From the NCBI GenBank assembly GCA_965222375.1, contig CBDCTZ010000016.1, forward strand, positions 2,976,001 through 3,040,000: 64,000 nt of DNA. Direction: 5' to 3'. This document shows, one piece after another, positions 49,529 through 63,155 of the stretch. The DNA comes from Polyangiaceae bacterium. Its GTDB lineage: Bacteria > Myxococcota_A > Polyangia > Polyangiales > Polyangiaceae. The notes under the pieces were generated by a model that ran no database searches, was not told where the DNA came from, and saw only the letters and a list, made by a program, of their open reading frames with translations. Numbering within the stretch: the first letter of the stretch is position 1; each line of letters starts with the position of its first letter. The position numbers and the translations under genes were made by a program.

Positions 49529-50479
49529 TCAAGCGATGTAGGAGCCGAGGCGGCGGAAACGTTGGTAGCGATCCTCCCGCATCTCTTCCTCGTCCAAGCC
49601 GTCGAGGGATACCAATGCCTCGTACAACGAACGGTCCAAGCGTCGCGCAGCTTCGTCATGATCTTGATGAGCTCCGCCAGGTGGCTCTTCCACGACCCAA
49701 TCGACGCAGCCGAGTTCCAAAAGGTCTGGCGCCGTAATGCGCAGGCGCGCGGCGGCTTCCGGCGCTAGGCTGCCGTCTTTCCAGAGGATGGCCGCACAGC
49801 CTTCAGGCGAGATGACTGAGTAGTAGGCGAACTCCAGGACCAACACGCGGTTGGCGACGCCCAAAGCCAGGGCTCCGCCGGAGCCGCCTTCTCCGATGAT
49901 CGTCGTGACCACGGGCACGCCCAAGCGGCTGAGGGTTTCCAAGGACGCCCCGATGGCTTCGCTTTGACCCCGCTCCTCCGCTTCGATGCCTGGAAAGGCT
50001 CCCGGGGTATCGATAAAAGTGATCACGGGAAGCCCAAAGCGATCGGCGAGCTCGTACACACGCATCGCCTTGCGATAGCCCTCGGGGTTCGGCATCCCGA
50101 AGTTCCGAAGCATGTTGTCTTTGGTGCTGCGGCCCTTTTGGTGGCCCACCACCGCGACGCTGCGTCCGTGGTACGTGCCCAAGCCAGCAACGATGGACGC
50201 GTCGTCCGCGAAGCGTCGATCGCCATGCAGCTCCACGAAGTCGCTGAACAAGCGATCGACATAGTCTAGGGTGTAGGGGCGGTTGGGGTGCCGTGATAGC
50301 TGCACCTTTTGTATCGGCGAGAGGCGTGCAAACACCTCTCGGGCGACGCGTGCAGCCTTGTCTTCCAAGCGTTGAAGCTCGGCCATGAGCCGCGCGTCTT
50401 CGGCTGCAAGCTCCCGCAGCTCCCGCACTCGGGAGACCAGCTCAACGACGGGTCGTTCGAAAGACAGGACGTGTCCCAT
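49529..50479 (-). CDS. accA: Acetyl-CoA carboxylase carboxyltransferase alpha subunit
   Basis: RHPNRP, LHGDR, RNFGMPNPEGYRKA, DTPGA, GEGGSGGA. Confidence 0.96.
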   Translation of the reverse strand: MGHVLSFERPVVELVSRVRELRELAAEDARLMAELQRLEDKAARVAREVFARLSPIQKVQLSRHPNRPYTLDYVDRLFSDFVELHGDRRFADDASIVAGLGTYHGRSVAVVGHQKGRSTKDNMLRNFGMPNPEGYRKAMRVYELADRFGLPVITFIDTPGAFPGIEAEERGQSEAIGASLETLSRLGVPVVTTIIGEGGSGGALALGVANRVLVLEFAYYSVISPEGCAAILWKDGSLAPEAAARLRITAPDLLELGCVDWVVEEPPGGAHQDHDEAARRLDRSLYEALVSLDGLDEEEMREDRYQRFRRLGSYIA

Positions 50480-50782
50480 GGGGCGGTCTGTCTTTCGCCG
50501 AATCCCGTCTGTGTCGCAAGTCGCAAAAGACGTGAATACAGAAGCCACGACTGCGTAAGAAACGACGCAGCTGTCAAGCTCAGACGGCACAGCTGGTTTT
50601 TTTGGTTTTTGGGGATGGCACGTCGCTGGGCGTCATCGACAGTTCCTCGCGGTGCGGAGTGGGGGCACTCGCCCCCGAGGCCAATCTGGAGCGACACCCT
50701 AGGTGCAGATCGCGTGGCCCCAGGATGAAGATCGTGTGGAGCTAGCGGCGTTTGCCTTGCCATCGGGAATGGGGCTGGGACG

Positions 50783-51475
50783 TTGTGCGTAGCCCGGATC
50801 AGTAGCGAGGGAGCAGGCCAAGTGAAGGGAATATGGGAAGATGCCAAGCGGCTGCGACTGATACCACTCGGTCTGGCGTCTGGCTTGGCGGTGGCGCTGC
50901 TCGGCGCGCGCATCGTCCGCGCCGAGCAAGGGACGTATGCGTTGTTGCTTTGGAATCTAGCACTGGCCTGGATCCCCTGGGTCGCGAGTGTGTTGTGTGT
51001 GCGCGCACGTGGCGCATGGCTGGCAACCACACTTGTCGGCTGGCTGTTGTTCTTTCCCAACGCTTCCTACATCGTCACGGACTTCGTGCACCTCAGGCTT
51101 CGACCGCCGATACCGCTTTGGTATGACGTGGGAATGCTGGCTGCCTTCGCCTGGTCGGGATTGCTGTTGGCGGTTACGTCGTTGTCTGCCGTGCATCGTC
51201 GAGTGGAGCATGCATTGGGCATCGCCGCGGGTTGGTGCTTCGTGCTCGTGGCGTCAGCGCTGAGCGGGCTAGGGATTTACCTAGGCCGTTTCTGGCGCCT
51301 CAACTCCTGGGATGTCGTGTTCGCGCCGTCGGAAATCGCTCGTGGTTTGTTCGCGCTGGCAGCGCACCCGCTCGGGCATCCACGCGCTTGGGGGGTTGCC
51401 GTGATGTTTGGTGCTCTCACATTCGTGGTCTACAGCGCGTTTCGAAGCGGCTCACAAGCTGCGGAAGCCAGCTAG
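50783..51475 (+). CDS. DUF1361-type membrane protein
   Basis: WNLALAWIP, WLLFFPNA.Y..TD..H, GIYLGRF.R.NSWD. Start may be GTG 50822. Confidence 0.8.
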   Translation: MCVARISSEGAGQVKGIWEDAKRLRLIPLGLASGLAVALLGARIVRAEQGTYALLLWNLALAWIPWVASVLCVRARGAWLATTLVGWLLFFPNASYIVTDFVHLRLRPPIPLWYDVGMLAAFAWSGLLLAVTSLSAVHRRVEHALGIAAGWCFVLVASALSGLGIYLGRFWRLNSWDVVFAPSEIARGLFALAAHPLGHPRAWGVAVMFGALTFVVYSAFRSGSQAAEAS

Positions 51476-51506
51476 GCCGCCGAGTCGACTAGCGGTTTGA
51501 GGCCCC

Positions 51507-53381
51507 TCAGGGCGCGTCGCCGCTCGACGACTCCAGGGAGACCGGCACTTGAGACTTGGCGTGGGGGCCGAGGATGTTGAACATGCGGAACGGCTTTTCT
51601 TTGCCCTTCAGGGGTTTAGGCGGAAGCTCTTCGTGGGCAAAGTGCTTGCTCACCTGATTGAGCGTGTGCTCGCTCACGAGGATTTGGCCTGGGGTTGCGA
51701 CACCACACAGCCGAGCGCTGGTATTCGCCGTGTCGCCGATCACCGTGTAGGACAAGGCGCGGGAGCTGCCGATATATCCCGCGACGACGGGGCCCGTGTG
51801 CACGCCGATTCCGATGGCTAGCGGCGGGTCATTGTTCTCCATTCGCTTCCGGTTGAAGCGACCCAGGGTCTCCATTTGCTCGATGGCGCAGCTCACCGCG
51901 CGCAACGCGTCGTCGGGGTGGCGAACCGGGGCGCCCCACAACGCCATGATTCCATCGCCCATGAATTTGTCGAGGGTTCCTTCGAATTTGAACACGGTCT
52001 CGACCATGTGCTCAAAGTACTCGTTGAGCATTTCAACGATGCTCTCCGGATTCGCGCCCTCGCTCATCTGAGTGAACCCGCGAATGTCGGAGTTGAAGAT
52101 GGTGCATTCCTGCACCAGCTGGCCGCCCTTCTTCACGTCCAGTTCGCCGGACAGCACCCGCGCCGCAATGTTGGGAGACAGCAGGCGACTGAAGCGCTCG
52201 CGGTTGACGATTTCTTGCTCGATCTTCTTACCCAGAATGTTGATCTCGATGAACATCGCGGCTTGGGCTGCGATGGCAGTGACGATCTCCATGTCTTTGG
52301 GCTGAAACTGCGCCAAGGTTTCGCTGTCCAGCCAGATCACGCCGAGGATCTCCTCGTCGTGAAGCAGTGGGGCCACGATGGCGGAGCTGATCCGGTTCAA
52401 GATCATGCTCTTGCCCTTGGACGTGGCGAAATCCATGGCAGCGTCGTGGGTGAGCACCGTGGCGCGCTCCTTCATCACATGATCCATGATCGTGGACGAC
52501 ACGGTGATGGGTGTTTCGCTGCCATCTCGTCGCAAGCTCGCTCCGGGCACGAGCTCGTTGGCGGCATCTCGCAGGAAAATAACCCCGCGATCTGCCCGTA
52601 CGAACTTGAAGATGGTCATCAAGATCTTGTCGAGCAGTGTGCGGAGGTCGCGCTCCATGGCGATCTCCCGCGACAGCTCATGGGACAGTCGGAGGCGCTC
52701 ATAGTCCGCGGATATTTGCCCAGGATTCGAGGCAATCTGGTCGTAGGGTAGGAAGCCTTTCTGCGTCGCCGCTATCTGCGTGCCGATGGCGCGGGATTGG
52801 TCGTTGACGTCGACCCGCGTCGAGTTCAGTGGCGTGATTCCTGCGCCCTCGGGATCGTCCAGGGTTGGCGTTCGGGTTGGCGCTGGTTGCGCTGCCTCAT
52901 AGGGTGCCTGTGGTTGCCCAGGCGCAGCCGATGGCGTTTGAGGAACGGGAGGCACGGCCTGCACGCCATCCCCCGCCACCGTGGATGGAGGTGCACTCAC
53001 CGGACGTTGCAGGGATTGCGGTGGCACGACGCCCGGCTGCCACGCAGGCGGTTCAGCGCTCGACCCCGCTGGGGGCGGTGGGGCAACAGGCTTGCCGGTG
53101 CCGTCGTCGAACCGTCCGCGGGTGCTGCCAAGGGAGATGTCGTCTCCATGGCTCAAGCCCTTCTCGCCGTTGACGCGCTCGCCGTTGATGTAAGTACCGT
53201 TCAGACTGCCTAGGTCACGTAAGACGTATTCGGTGCCTCGCAGCTCGACGATGCAGTGCTCTTTGGACACAATCTTGTCGAGCAACTGGATCGTGTTGCT
53301 GGGGTGCCGCCCCAGGGTGTTGAACGCCCGAAGCTCGACAACCTGCTGACCCTCTGGAGTCGCGAGCAGTATTCGAGCCAT
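51507..53381 (-). CDS. FHA-GAF class III adenylate cyclase
   Basis: FHA GRH...VSKEH...DLGSLNGT; GAF; cyclase SDIRGFT, DKFMGDG, TVIGDTANTSARL. Confidence 0.9.
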   Translation of the reverse strand: MARILLATPEGQQVVELRAFNTLGRHPSNTIQLLDKIVSKEHCIVELRGTEYVLRDLGSLNGTYINGERVNGEKGLSHGDDISLGSTRGRFDDGTGKPVAPPPPAGSSAEPPAWQPGVVPPQSLQRPVSAPPSTVAGDGVQAVPPVPQTPSAAPGQPQAPYEAAQPAPTRTPTLDDPEGAGITPLNSTRVDVNDQSRAIGTQIAATQKGFLPYDQIASNPGQISADYERLRLSHELSREIAMERDLRTLLDKILMTIFKFVRADRGVIFLRDAANELVPGASLRRDGSETPITVSSTIMDHVMKERATVLTHDAAMDFATSKGKSMILNRISSAIVAPLLHDEEILGVIWLDSETLAQFQPKDMEIVTAIAAQAAMFIEINILGKKIEQEIVNRERFSRLLSPNIAARVLSGELDVKKGGQLVQECTIFNSDIRGFTQMSEGANPESIVEMLNEYFEHMVETVFKFEGTLDKFMGDGIMALWGAPVRHPDDALRAVSCAIEQMETLGRFNRKRMENNDPPLAIGIGVHTGPVVAGYIGSSRALSYTVIGDTANTSARLCGVATPGQILVSEHTLNQVSKHFAHEELPPKPLKGKEKPFRMFNILGPHAKSQVPVSLESSSGDAP

Positions 53382-53571
53382 TATGGTTTCGAAGGCTACC
53401 CTCCGCGCCTCGTGGCGACAAGGCCGCAGAACGCCCTCTCCGCGACGGCCGCGAGCCGACAAACTCCGCGTTTTTCCAGCCTCGGGAATAAATCCGAAAG
53501 TTGACCTTTTTGGTGTGGGCCCGAGGGACGGTTCGACCTCCTTGGGCGCCGGGGTCTGATATCCTGCGCGC

Positions 53572-55083
53572 GTGGGAAAGCACCTTCTAGCGATCGATCA
53601 GGGGACGACCGGCTCAACCGCGCTGGTCATGGACACAAAAGGCAGGACTTTGGGTCGCGAGAACCACGAGTTTTCGCAGCACTTCCCCAAGCCAGGCTGG
53701 GTCGAGCACGAACCCGAGGAAATTTGGCAGAGCGTGGTGGATAGCGTCGGCGGGGCCCTGAAAAGCGCGGGTGTGAGCGGGGACGACATCGCCGCCATTG
53801 GCATCACAAACCAGCGGGAAACCACGCTGCTGTGGGACCGGGGCACAGACAAGTCGGTCCATCGGGCCATCGTTTGGCAGGATCGCCGCACCGCTGAGCA
53901 CTGCTCTCAGCTACAGGCGGCAGGGCACGAAGACGCGGTTCGCCGGGCCACCGGGCTCGTCCTCGATCCCTACTTCGCTGGCACCAAGCTGTCCTGGCTT
54001 CTGGAGAACGTGGACGGCGCGCGGGCGCGAGCCCTCGCCGGTGAGCTCGCGTTCGGCACCGTAGATAGCTACTTGGTGTGGCGCCTCGGCGGCGGCGCGG
54101 CTGGGGGCGCGCCCCACGTCACGGATGTCACCAACGCGTCTCGGACGTTGTTGATGGATCTGAAAGAGCGCGTTTGGCACAACGGCATGGCTGAGCTGCT
54201 CGACGTTCCGAGGGGCGTGTTGCCGAAGATTGTGCCTAGTGCAGGGGAGATTGGTCGCACCAAAGGCATGCCAAACTTGCCGGACGGAATCGCGATCGCG
54301 GGTATGGCTGGCGATCAACATGCGGCGTTATTCGGCCAGGCATGTTTCGCCGTCGGCGAGGCCAAATGCACCTACGGCACAGGTGCGTTCGTGTTGGTGA
54401 ACGTGGGCAACCAACCGGTTCAGAGCCGATTTGGGTTGCTGTCGACGGTAGGCTGGCAGATCGGTGACGACGTTGTCTACGCCTTGGAGGGCAGCGCGTT
54501 CATCGCAGGTGCGGCGGTGCAATGGCTACGCGATGGTCTTGGCTTGATCGACAAGGCGAGTGAAATCGAGGCCCTCGCAAAGTCCGTGGAGTCGAGTGAT
54601 GGCGTGCACTTTGTGCCGGCATTGGCGGGGCTAGGCGCCCCATATTGGGATCCCCACGCGCGTGGCACCATCACTGGAATCACTCGCGGGACGACCAAAG
54701 CACACTTGGCTCGTGCGACCTTGGAAGCCCTGGCCTTCGAAGTGAACGATCTGGTACACGCCATGAGCGAAGACCTGAAGAAGCCCGTCAACCGCATGCG
54801 AGTCGACGGTGGTGCGGCCGCCAACAACCTATTGATGGCGATGCAGGCTGACTTTTCGGATCTGGTGGTCGAGAGGCCTACGGACCTCGAATCGACCGCT
54901 CGAGGGGCCGCGATGCTGGCTGGCATCGGCTCAGGGCTACTTCCTGGGCCCAAAGCTGCACAGGGAATGTTGCATCTGGATCGCACGTTTGACCCCGAAA
55001 TTGCCGAGAAAGAAAGGGAAGCGAGGCTCTCGGGCTGGCGTGACGCAGTGCGTCGCGCGAGAACGGATCTGGGCGTCAGCTGA
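53572..55083 (+). CDS. glpK: Glycerol kinase
   Basis: DQGTTGS, NQRETT, WQDRRT, TNASRT, TYGTG, DGG. Confidence 0.96.
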   Translation: MGKHLLAIDQGTTGSTALVMDTKGRTLGRENHEFSQHFPKPGWVEHEPEEIWQSVVDSVGGALKSAGVSGDDIAAIGITNQRETTLLWDRGTDKSVHRAIVWQDRRTAEHCSQLQAAGHEDAVRRATGLVLDPYFAGTKLSWLLENVDGARARALAGELAFGTVDSYLVWRLGGGAAGGAPHVTDVTNASRTLLMDLKERVWHNGMAELLDVPRGVLPKIVPSAGEIGRTKGMPNLPDGIAIAGMAGDQHAALFGQACFAVGEAKCTYGTGAFVLVNVGNQPVQSRFGLLSTVGWQIGDDVVYALEGSAFIAGAAVQWLRDGLGLIDKASEIEALAKSVESSDGVHFVPALAGLGAPYWDPHARGTITGITRGTTKAHLARATLEALAFEVNDLVHAMSEDLKKPVNRMRVDGGAAANNLLMAMQADFSDLVVERPTDLESTARGAAMLAGIGSGLLPGPKAAQGMLHLDRTFDPEIAEKEREARLSGWRDAVRRARTDLGVS

Positions 55084-55145
55084 GGCTTACCCGATACTAA
55101 GACAGCCGCAGCTTGCAGCGGCCCCATCCCCCCATCTTAAACAAC

Positions 55146-55895
55146 ATGTCGGACTCCGAAGCGGACGGCGGTAGCCGTGACGTACCCGTGGATTGGGAGG
55201 CGCTCGAAGATGCATTCGAGAACAACGCCCCGGAAGTCCACAGCTACTTGCACATAGACACAGGCGAAGTACTGCGTGTGGTGGATGGGATCGCCGATCC
55301 TGAAATGCACGCGCGAATTGCTTCGGATACTTCCTACATGCGCATCGACCCGGTGAGTTCGCGGGAGCAGTATCGATGGATGGAGCGCTTCATCCCAATG
55401 GTGGAGGACAAAGAGCTTGGGGACAAGCTGACTCGCGCGATTGATGGCAAGGGCGCCTTCCGCCGCTTCAAAGATGTACTCATGGCCTACGGCCCGGAAC
55501 GAGAGCGTTGGTTCGCGTTCCGCAGTGAACGGCTGCGCGTCTTCATGGAGGCGTGGCTGTCCACCCACCACTTGACTCCAGTGGCGCGCCCCGCAGCAGC
55601 AGTTCCGGTGACTCCGAAGGATACGCCGCCCATTTCCCAGGAACAGCTCAGCGGTCGCCGTGGTCGCAGCGCCGACGCCCTGCGCACCCAAGTCAAGGAG
55701 TTGGTGGACATTCTCGGCACACGAGACCTGGAAAAGGTCCTCGCCTTTACCGAATTCGTCAAAGCCCGGCGCGCCGCGCGTAGCTTTTCCAATCGCCAAG
55801 AGCTGACCAAAGACGGTGACACGCCGAGTGAAGACGAGGCGTCCACGGATGACGATTCGAATCCGTCGTCCAGTCAACGGGCAAGTCGCGGATGA
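55146..55895 (+). CDS. UPF0158-type protein
   Basis: SSREQYRWMERF...AIDGKGAFRRFKDVL...W..FR. Confidence 0.8.
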   Translation: MSDSEADGGSRDVPVDWEALEDAFENNAPEVHSYLHIDTGEVLRVVDGIADPEMHARIASDTSYMRIDPVSSREQYRWMERFIPMVEDKELGDKLTRAIDGKGAFRRFKDVLMAYGPERERWFAFRSERLRVFMEAWLSTHHLTPVARPAAAVPVTPKDTPPISQEQLSGRRGRSADALRTQVKELVDILGTRDLEKVLAFTEFVKARRAARSFSNRQELTKDGDTPSEDEASTDDDSNPSSSQRASRG

Positions 55896-56575
55896 AGCTG
55901 CGGCCCCTTGCCGCATTCCTTGCCCTTGGGGCGCTGCTGCTCTCCGCCGGCGCGCAGGCCGACGGCAGCGACATCGATCGCGTCGTCGTGCGCTTCGCCG
56001 CGCCCGAAACGGGCGGCGTTCAGGCGCCGCGCTTCATCTTCGAACGAGTCTTGGCGTTCGAGGCCCGGCTCGAGGCGCTATCGGACCCGGACCATTCCCG
56101 GAGTGACGAGCGCCCCTATCGGGAGCGTCACATCCGCGCGGCCCTGGAGAGACATGTGGCCGAAACGCTACTGGCTTCACTGCGCATCGATCCGGAGCCC
56201 AGTGCCAAAGATCTGAGCCGGCAAACCGAAGCCGCTCGTCGCATCCTGTACGAGCGAAGTGGTAGCCGACTGGACGTCGACAGGGCGGCGCGAGCCGAAG
56301 GTATTGCGGATCGTGAAATCCTGCGTCTGTTGCGCCGCCGAGCGCGCGCCAGCCTGTACCTCGACCGCATGGTCGCGCCCATGCTCGCCCCGAGCCGTGC
56401 CGAGCTATTGGTGCTGCACAAGACCGCCGACACACCCTTTCGATCACTGCCCTTCGACAAAGCCGAGGCTGCCTTGTCTCGCTGGTACGTTGCTCGACGT
56501 TTGAACGAGGCATTGAGCAACTTCTTTCAAAACGCGCGCTCGCGGGTCGAAATCAAAGTCATTCCCTTGGATTGA
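55892..56575 (+). CDS. Secreted hypothetical protein (weakly SurA N-terminal-like)
   Basis: Signal peptide AQA, then IDRVVV; ATGA overlap with the upstream gene. Confidence 0.65.
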   Translation: MKLRPLAAFLALGALLLSAGAQADGSDIDRVVVRFAAPETGGVQAPRFIFERVLAFEARLEALSDPDHSRSDERPYRERHIRAALERHVAETLLASLRIDPEPSAKDLSRQTEAARRILYERSGSRLDVDRAARAEGIADREILRLLRRRARASLYLDRMVAPMLAPSRAELLVLHKTADTPFRSLPFDKAEAALSRWYVARRLNEALSNFFQNARSRVEIKVIPLD

Positions 56576-56798
56576 GCTTGCTGCGACCGCGACGGTCCGT
56601 GACGGGCCTGCGTCCGCCGGAGGCGCGAACCCTTCAGGAATTGCGTAGAGGCGCGCCCGTGCTGGGTCTTCCGCCGGTACCGATCAGGCCAAGCAGCACA
56701 CAGGCGACGGCACGCAACGACAAGGGCGGTAAGATAAAAGCCGGGATCTTAGTGGTCAACGCGAGTGGACACGCGACGATCAAACCCGGAGCCCAGGC

Positions 56799-57623
56799 GT
56801 GAAACGCTACCGTTTGAAACAACGCTTCCTGGCGACGCGCGCACTAGGGTGCATGGCGCTCGCTGCAGCGGTGCCGACCTTGGGGGTTGCGTTGACGCTC
56901 GTGGTCGCTGCGCTGCCCGTGGTGCTGCTGATGTTGCTGTTCGACGGCTCGACAGTCGGCGCCACGCTGACGTTCCTGGTTGCGTTCGTGACTTGGCTTG
57001 CGGCGGCTGGTGCGGTCGCGGTTGGTGCAATGCGCGCAGCCGGTCGAATCCTCCGCCACCGCATTCCTGCCGGATATGTGGCTCTCGGCGACGATGGAGT
57101 GTCTATTCGTCGATTCTGGCGCATGCGCTTCATCCCTTGGCGCGATGTCGCTTCTTTGGGCCAAGACGATTCCAGGCGCTCGGTCTATGTCTTCACGAAG
57201 GATGGTGGCCAGATTGAGCTGCCGGTCGATCACCCTGAAGTGCTGATCGAGTCTCTACGTCAGGAAGTCGAGCGCTATCGAGAGCGAATACCCACGGAGA
57301 AGCTCAGAATTCTGACGGCGCCAGAAGAGGTGGACGCCAGCTGGATGAAGCGGGCTCGCGGCGCCCTAGAGGCCCAGGGCTATCGCAAAGAGGGGCTACG
57401 GGAAGAGGAGCTGGCGATCATCGCCGAGGACCCGACTCAATCGGCGGATCAGCGGGTGGGAGCGGCGTTGGCTCTGTCCGGCGCGACCGAGGATGCCAAG
57501 CGCCGCGTGAGGGTGGCAGTTCAGGACAGCGTCGAACCCGGGCTCAGCGAAGCCGTCGAGGACGCACTCGAGGACGAATTGAAAGAGCGCGATCTGCGCC
57601 GCTTGTTCGCACAATCCAGCTGA
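56799..57623 (+). CDS. Hypothetical membrane protein
   Basis: Two to three N-terminal TM segments followed by a soluble domain. Confidence 0.65.
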   Translation: MKRYRLKQRFLATRALGCMALAAAVPTLGVALTLVVAALPVVLLMLLFDGSTVGATLTFLVAFVTWLAAAGAVAVGAMRAAGRILRHRIPAGYVALGDDGVSIRRFWRMRFIPWRDVASLGQDDSRRSVYVFTKDGGQIELPVDHPEVLIESLRQEVERYRERIPTEKLRILTAPEEVDASWMKRARGALEAQGYRKEGLREEELAIIAEDPTQSADQRVGAALALSGATEDAKRRVRVAVQDSVEPGLSEAVEDALEDELKERDLRRLFAQSS

Positions 57624-57800
57624 CCTCTGCGTTTGGTGGTCGGGACTCGAATAGTGACCCAGAAAAGGACCGGATCCGGGAAGAGGTCGCGGAGGGCGGG
57701 GCGCAAACGGGGCAGGCTAGGTATTGGGGAGGGGTAAATCCGAACAGCCCAACCCCTCGTCCGGGGCCCGATGGCTGCCCAGCTCGCTGGCCCTTCCTGT

Positions 57801-58097
57801 TCAGACAATCCGGAATCTGGCGATCGCGATCGAGGTTGCGCCGGTTTCGTCGAGGACCTGGATCTCGAAGTCGCCTCGTTTCGTGATGTTCCAGGTCTTA
57901 CGCAGCACGTTGTTGTCGGACTTCACGGGTGACGTCTTGGCCGTCATCAGCTTGCGCTCGCCGCCAGAGGTGAAGAACAGCCGCACCAACAGCGCGGAGA
58001 GCCCGAACTCGCCTTCGACCGCCTTCGTGGTGGCGCGCCAGCGTGCGATGGCCTGATCCACTTTGGCCGGATCGACCCAACCGCCGCCCGCGAGCAA
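57801..58097 (-). CDS. Short hypothetical protein or gene remnant
   Basis: The 3' part of ORF 57801..58409 reads protein-like (SALLVRLFFTSGGERKLM...FEIQVLDE...RFRIV); start unclear. Confidence 0.35.
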   Translation of the reverse strand: MLAGGGWVDPAKVDQAIARWRATTKAVEGEFGLSALLVRLFFTSGGERKLMTAKTSPVKSDNNVLRKTWNITKRGDFEIQVLDETGATSIAIARFRIV

Positions 58098-58106
58098 GCT
58101 GTCGAA

Positions 58107-58298
58107 ATGCGAAGAGCGCCGCCATCTGCCCCAGCCACAAACCCGGGTCCGCCCCCCGCAGCTCCAACGCCAACCGCAACGCCGTCCCGTGGCGGTTGTG
58201 ACGCGTGCTCTGTGGGCATCCCGTGTCGCGAGAACGCACCGCTCGCCTGGCTCGCATTCGCTGCGCTGCTGTGGCGGCGACGCCGAATGCGGTGCTAG
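58107..58298 (+). pseudogene. Orphan MYXO-CTERM-like tail
   Basis: Pro/Thr linker, SRGGCDAC, hydrophobic helix, RRRR; no signal peptide or N-terminal domain in frame. Confidence 0.45.
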
Positions 58299-58408
58299 TT
58301 CGTCCTGCAATCGGCGATCTCTGCGATCGAGAAGGCGGCTCCAGCGAGCCGCGCTACAATGCGCAACCGGCGCACCGACGGGCCGACAAGGGCCGGTCGG
58401 AGGCATCA

Positions 58409-58837
58409 ATGGGGAGAATCATGGCCAAGCTAAAACTCATCAACAACACCGATCGGGACCTTGCCGTCCAGGGAAAGATCCCCACGGACGAAGTCCGCTG
58501 CGTCGAAATCGAGGCCCTGGTCGACACCGGCGCCACGCAGCTCGCCCTCCCTGCGGATGTCGTGGAGCGATTGGGGTTGCCCACCTCGGGGACCCGCAAG
58601 GCCCGCGACGCTCAAGGCGTCGTGATCGATCTGCCCTGGGTTGGCGGCGTGCGCTTGGAGCTACTCGGTCGCGAGATGACCTGTGACGCGCTGGTGGTCC
58701 CCACGGGTGCTACGCCGCTCATCGGCCAAATCGTGCTCGAGCAGCTCGATCTCTTGGTCGACCCGAAGTCGCGGGAGCTACGAGTCAATCCCGAGAGCCC
58801 GGATGTCCCGCTTTTGGACCTGATGCGCGTCGCCTGA
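58409..58837 (+). CDS. Clan AA (retropepsin-like) aspartyl protease
   Basis: ALVDTGAT and LIGQIVLE; GGAGG before ATG 58409. Confidence 0.85.
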   Translation: MGRIMAKLKLINNTDRDLAVQGKIPTDEVRCVEIEALVDTGATQLALPADVVERLGLPTSGTRKARDAQGVVIDLPWVGGVRLELLGREMTCDALVVPTGATPLIGQIVLEQLDLLVDPKSRELRVNPESPDVPLLDLMRVA

Positions 58838-58859
58838 CGCCATGCTCACAAAAAGCTAA

Positions 58860-58891
58860 CGGCCCGAGAAGTTCGTAGGAGTCCCGGGCCG
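58860..58891. terminator. Inverted repeat between convergent genes
   Basis: CGGCCCG...CGGGCCG; long loop, no clear U-tract. Confidence 0.35.
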
Positions 58892-58923
58892 CTAGGCCGC
58901 AAAGTCTTGCTTGGCGTCCGCGC

Positions 58924-60342
<1,419 letters not shown>

Positions 60343-60451
60343 GATCAGTTCTTCCTTGAGTTTGTGCGGTTCGAAGTGGTGCGCGGAACGCCAAAGCACC
60401 CCTGTTCGGCAGTGGACGGCTTCCCACGCGTGATTGCTCGGGCTGCGTCGA

Positions 60452-62086
<1,635 letters not shown>

Positions 62087-62124
62087 GGCGGATGGAGATC
62101 TAGCGACATGACCTGGATCAATCA

Positions 62125-62170
62125 AGCACTAAATTGCATTTGACTTGAATCAACAAGGAAATATAGTGCG
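62125..62170. promoter_or_regulatory. Two related imperfect palindromes, candidate BoxR operators
   Basis: AGCACTAAATTGCA (62125-62138) and GGAAATATAGTGCG (62157-62170) both approximate TGCACTATAGTGCA, in an AT-rich divergent spacer. Confidence 0.55.
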
Positions 62171-62173
62171 CAG

Positions 62174-62920
62174 ATGGAACCCCGGGACAGCCTGCTGTCC
62201 GCCCTTGGACGAGCCCTGAAAACCCGCAGAAAAGAGCGGAATCTCACCCTCTCGGAACTCGCGGAGCGCTCCGGCCTCTCGCCTCGCTTCATCGCTCAGG
62301 TCGAGTCAGGACAGGGCAATATCTCCGTCACCCGCCTCGAGAATGTGGCCCAAGCCCTCGGCACGACCGCATCGGATCTGCTCGCCGGTGCCGAGCAGGC
62401 GCCGGACCGAACCCGCGTCATAGCGTTGCTGGGCCTGCGGGGAGCCGGCAAGAGCACCGTCGGCCCACTGCTCGCGGAGCGCCTGGAGGCCGAATTCATC
62501 GAGCTCGATCAACTCATCGAACAACAAGCTGGCATGAGCCTGGGCGAGGTGTTCGAACTTCAGGGCCCGGCGTTTTTCCGCAAGCTGGAGCGCAACGTGC
62601 TGGAGCACCTGCTATCCAACACGCCGCGCGCTGTGCTTGCCACGGGCGGCAGCATCGTCAGCGACACGGACTCCTTCGACCTGCTGCGCCGCGCCACGAC
62701 CACCGTATGGCTCAAGGCGCGCCCAGAAGACCACATGGAGCGCGTGCGCGCTCAGGGTGACGAGCGCCCCATGAAGAACCGCAGCGACGCCATGGCCGAG
62801 CTTCGCGCGCTGCTCAAGGCGCGTTCACCGCTCTACGCCATGGCCGACCATGTCGTCGACACGTCCCTGTTGGGAGTCGATGGGAGCGTGAGCGCTCTCT
62901 TGGGCACCTTGTCTGACTGA
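62174..62920 (+). CDS. boxR: BzdR/BoxR-type regulator (XRE HTH plus shikimate-kinase-like domain)
   Basis: HTH LAERSGLSPRFIAQVESGQGNIS; GLRGAGKST; divergent from boxC. Confidence 0.85.
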   Translation: MEPRDSLLSALGRALKTRRKERNLTLSELAERSGLSPRFIAQVESGQGNISVTRLENVAQALGTTASDLLAGAEQAPDRTRVIALLGLRGAGKSTVGPLLAERLEAEFIELDQLIEQQAGMSLGEVFELQGPAFFRKLERNVLEHLLSNTPRAVLATGGSIVSDTDSFDLLRRATTTVWLKARPEDHMERVRAQGDERPMKNRSDAMAELRALLKARSPLYAMADHVVDTSLLGVDGSVSALLGTLSD

Positions 62921-63033
62921 GTCTGGAATTGGGTTTTGGGGGTCGCGGAGATGGGGCGGCGTTGGGCCACTACTCTCGTGCGAGGCCGGGCGGGGGCGTT
63001 CGGCGCGTGGTCGGGCTCGAGTGTGAAGATGGG

Positions 63034-63087
63034 TACGGGGACGGAAACGGCAACGGAGACGGAGACGGGGACGGAAGCGGCAACGGG
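63034..63087 (+). repeat. Intergenic degenerate hexamer run (ACGGNN)n
   Basis: acgggg acggaa acggca acggag acggag acgggg acggaa gcggca acggg. Confidence 0.7.
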
Positions 63088-63155
63088 CGTTCCCCGTGCG
63101 CGTCTCCGCGAATTCCCGGGTCGCGCCGCGCGCGTGATCCGGCTACCCTCGGCCC

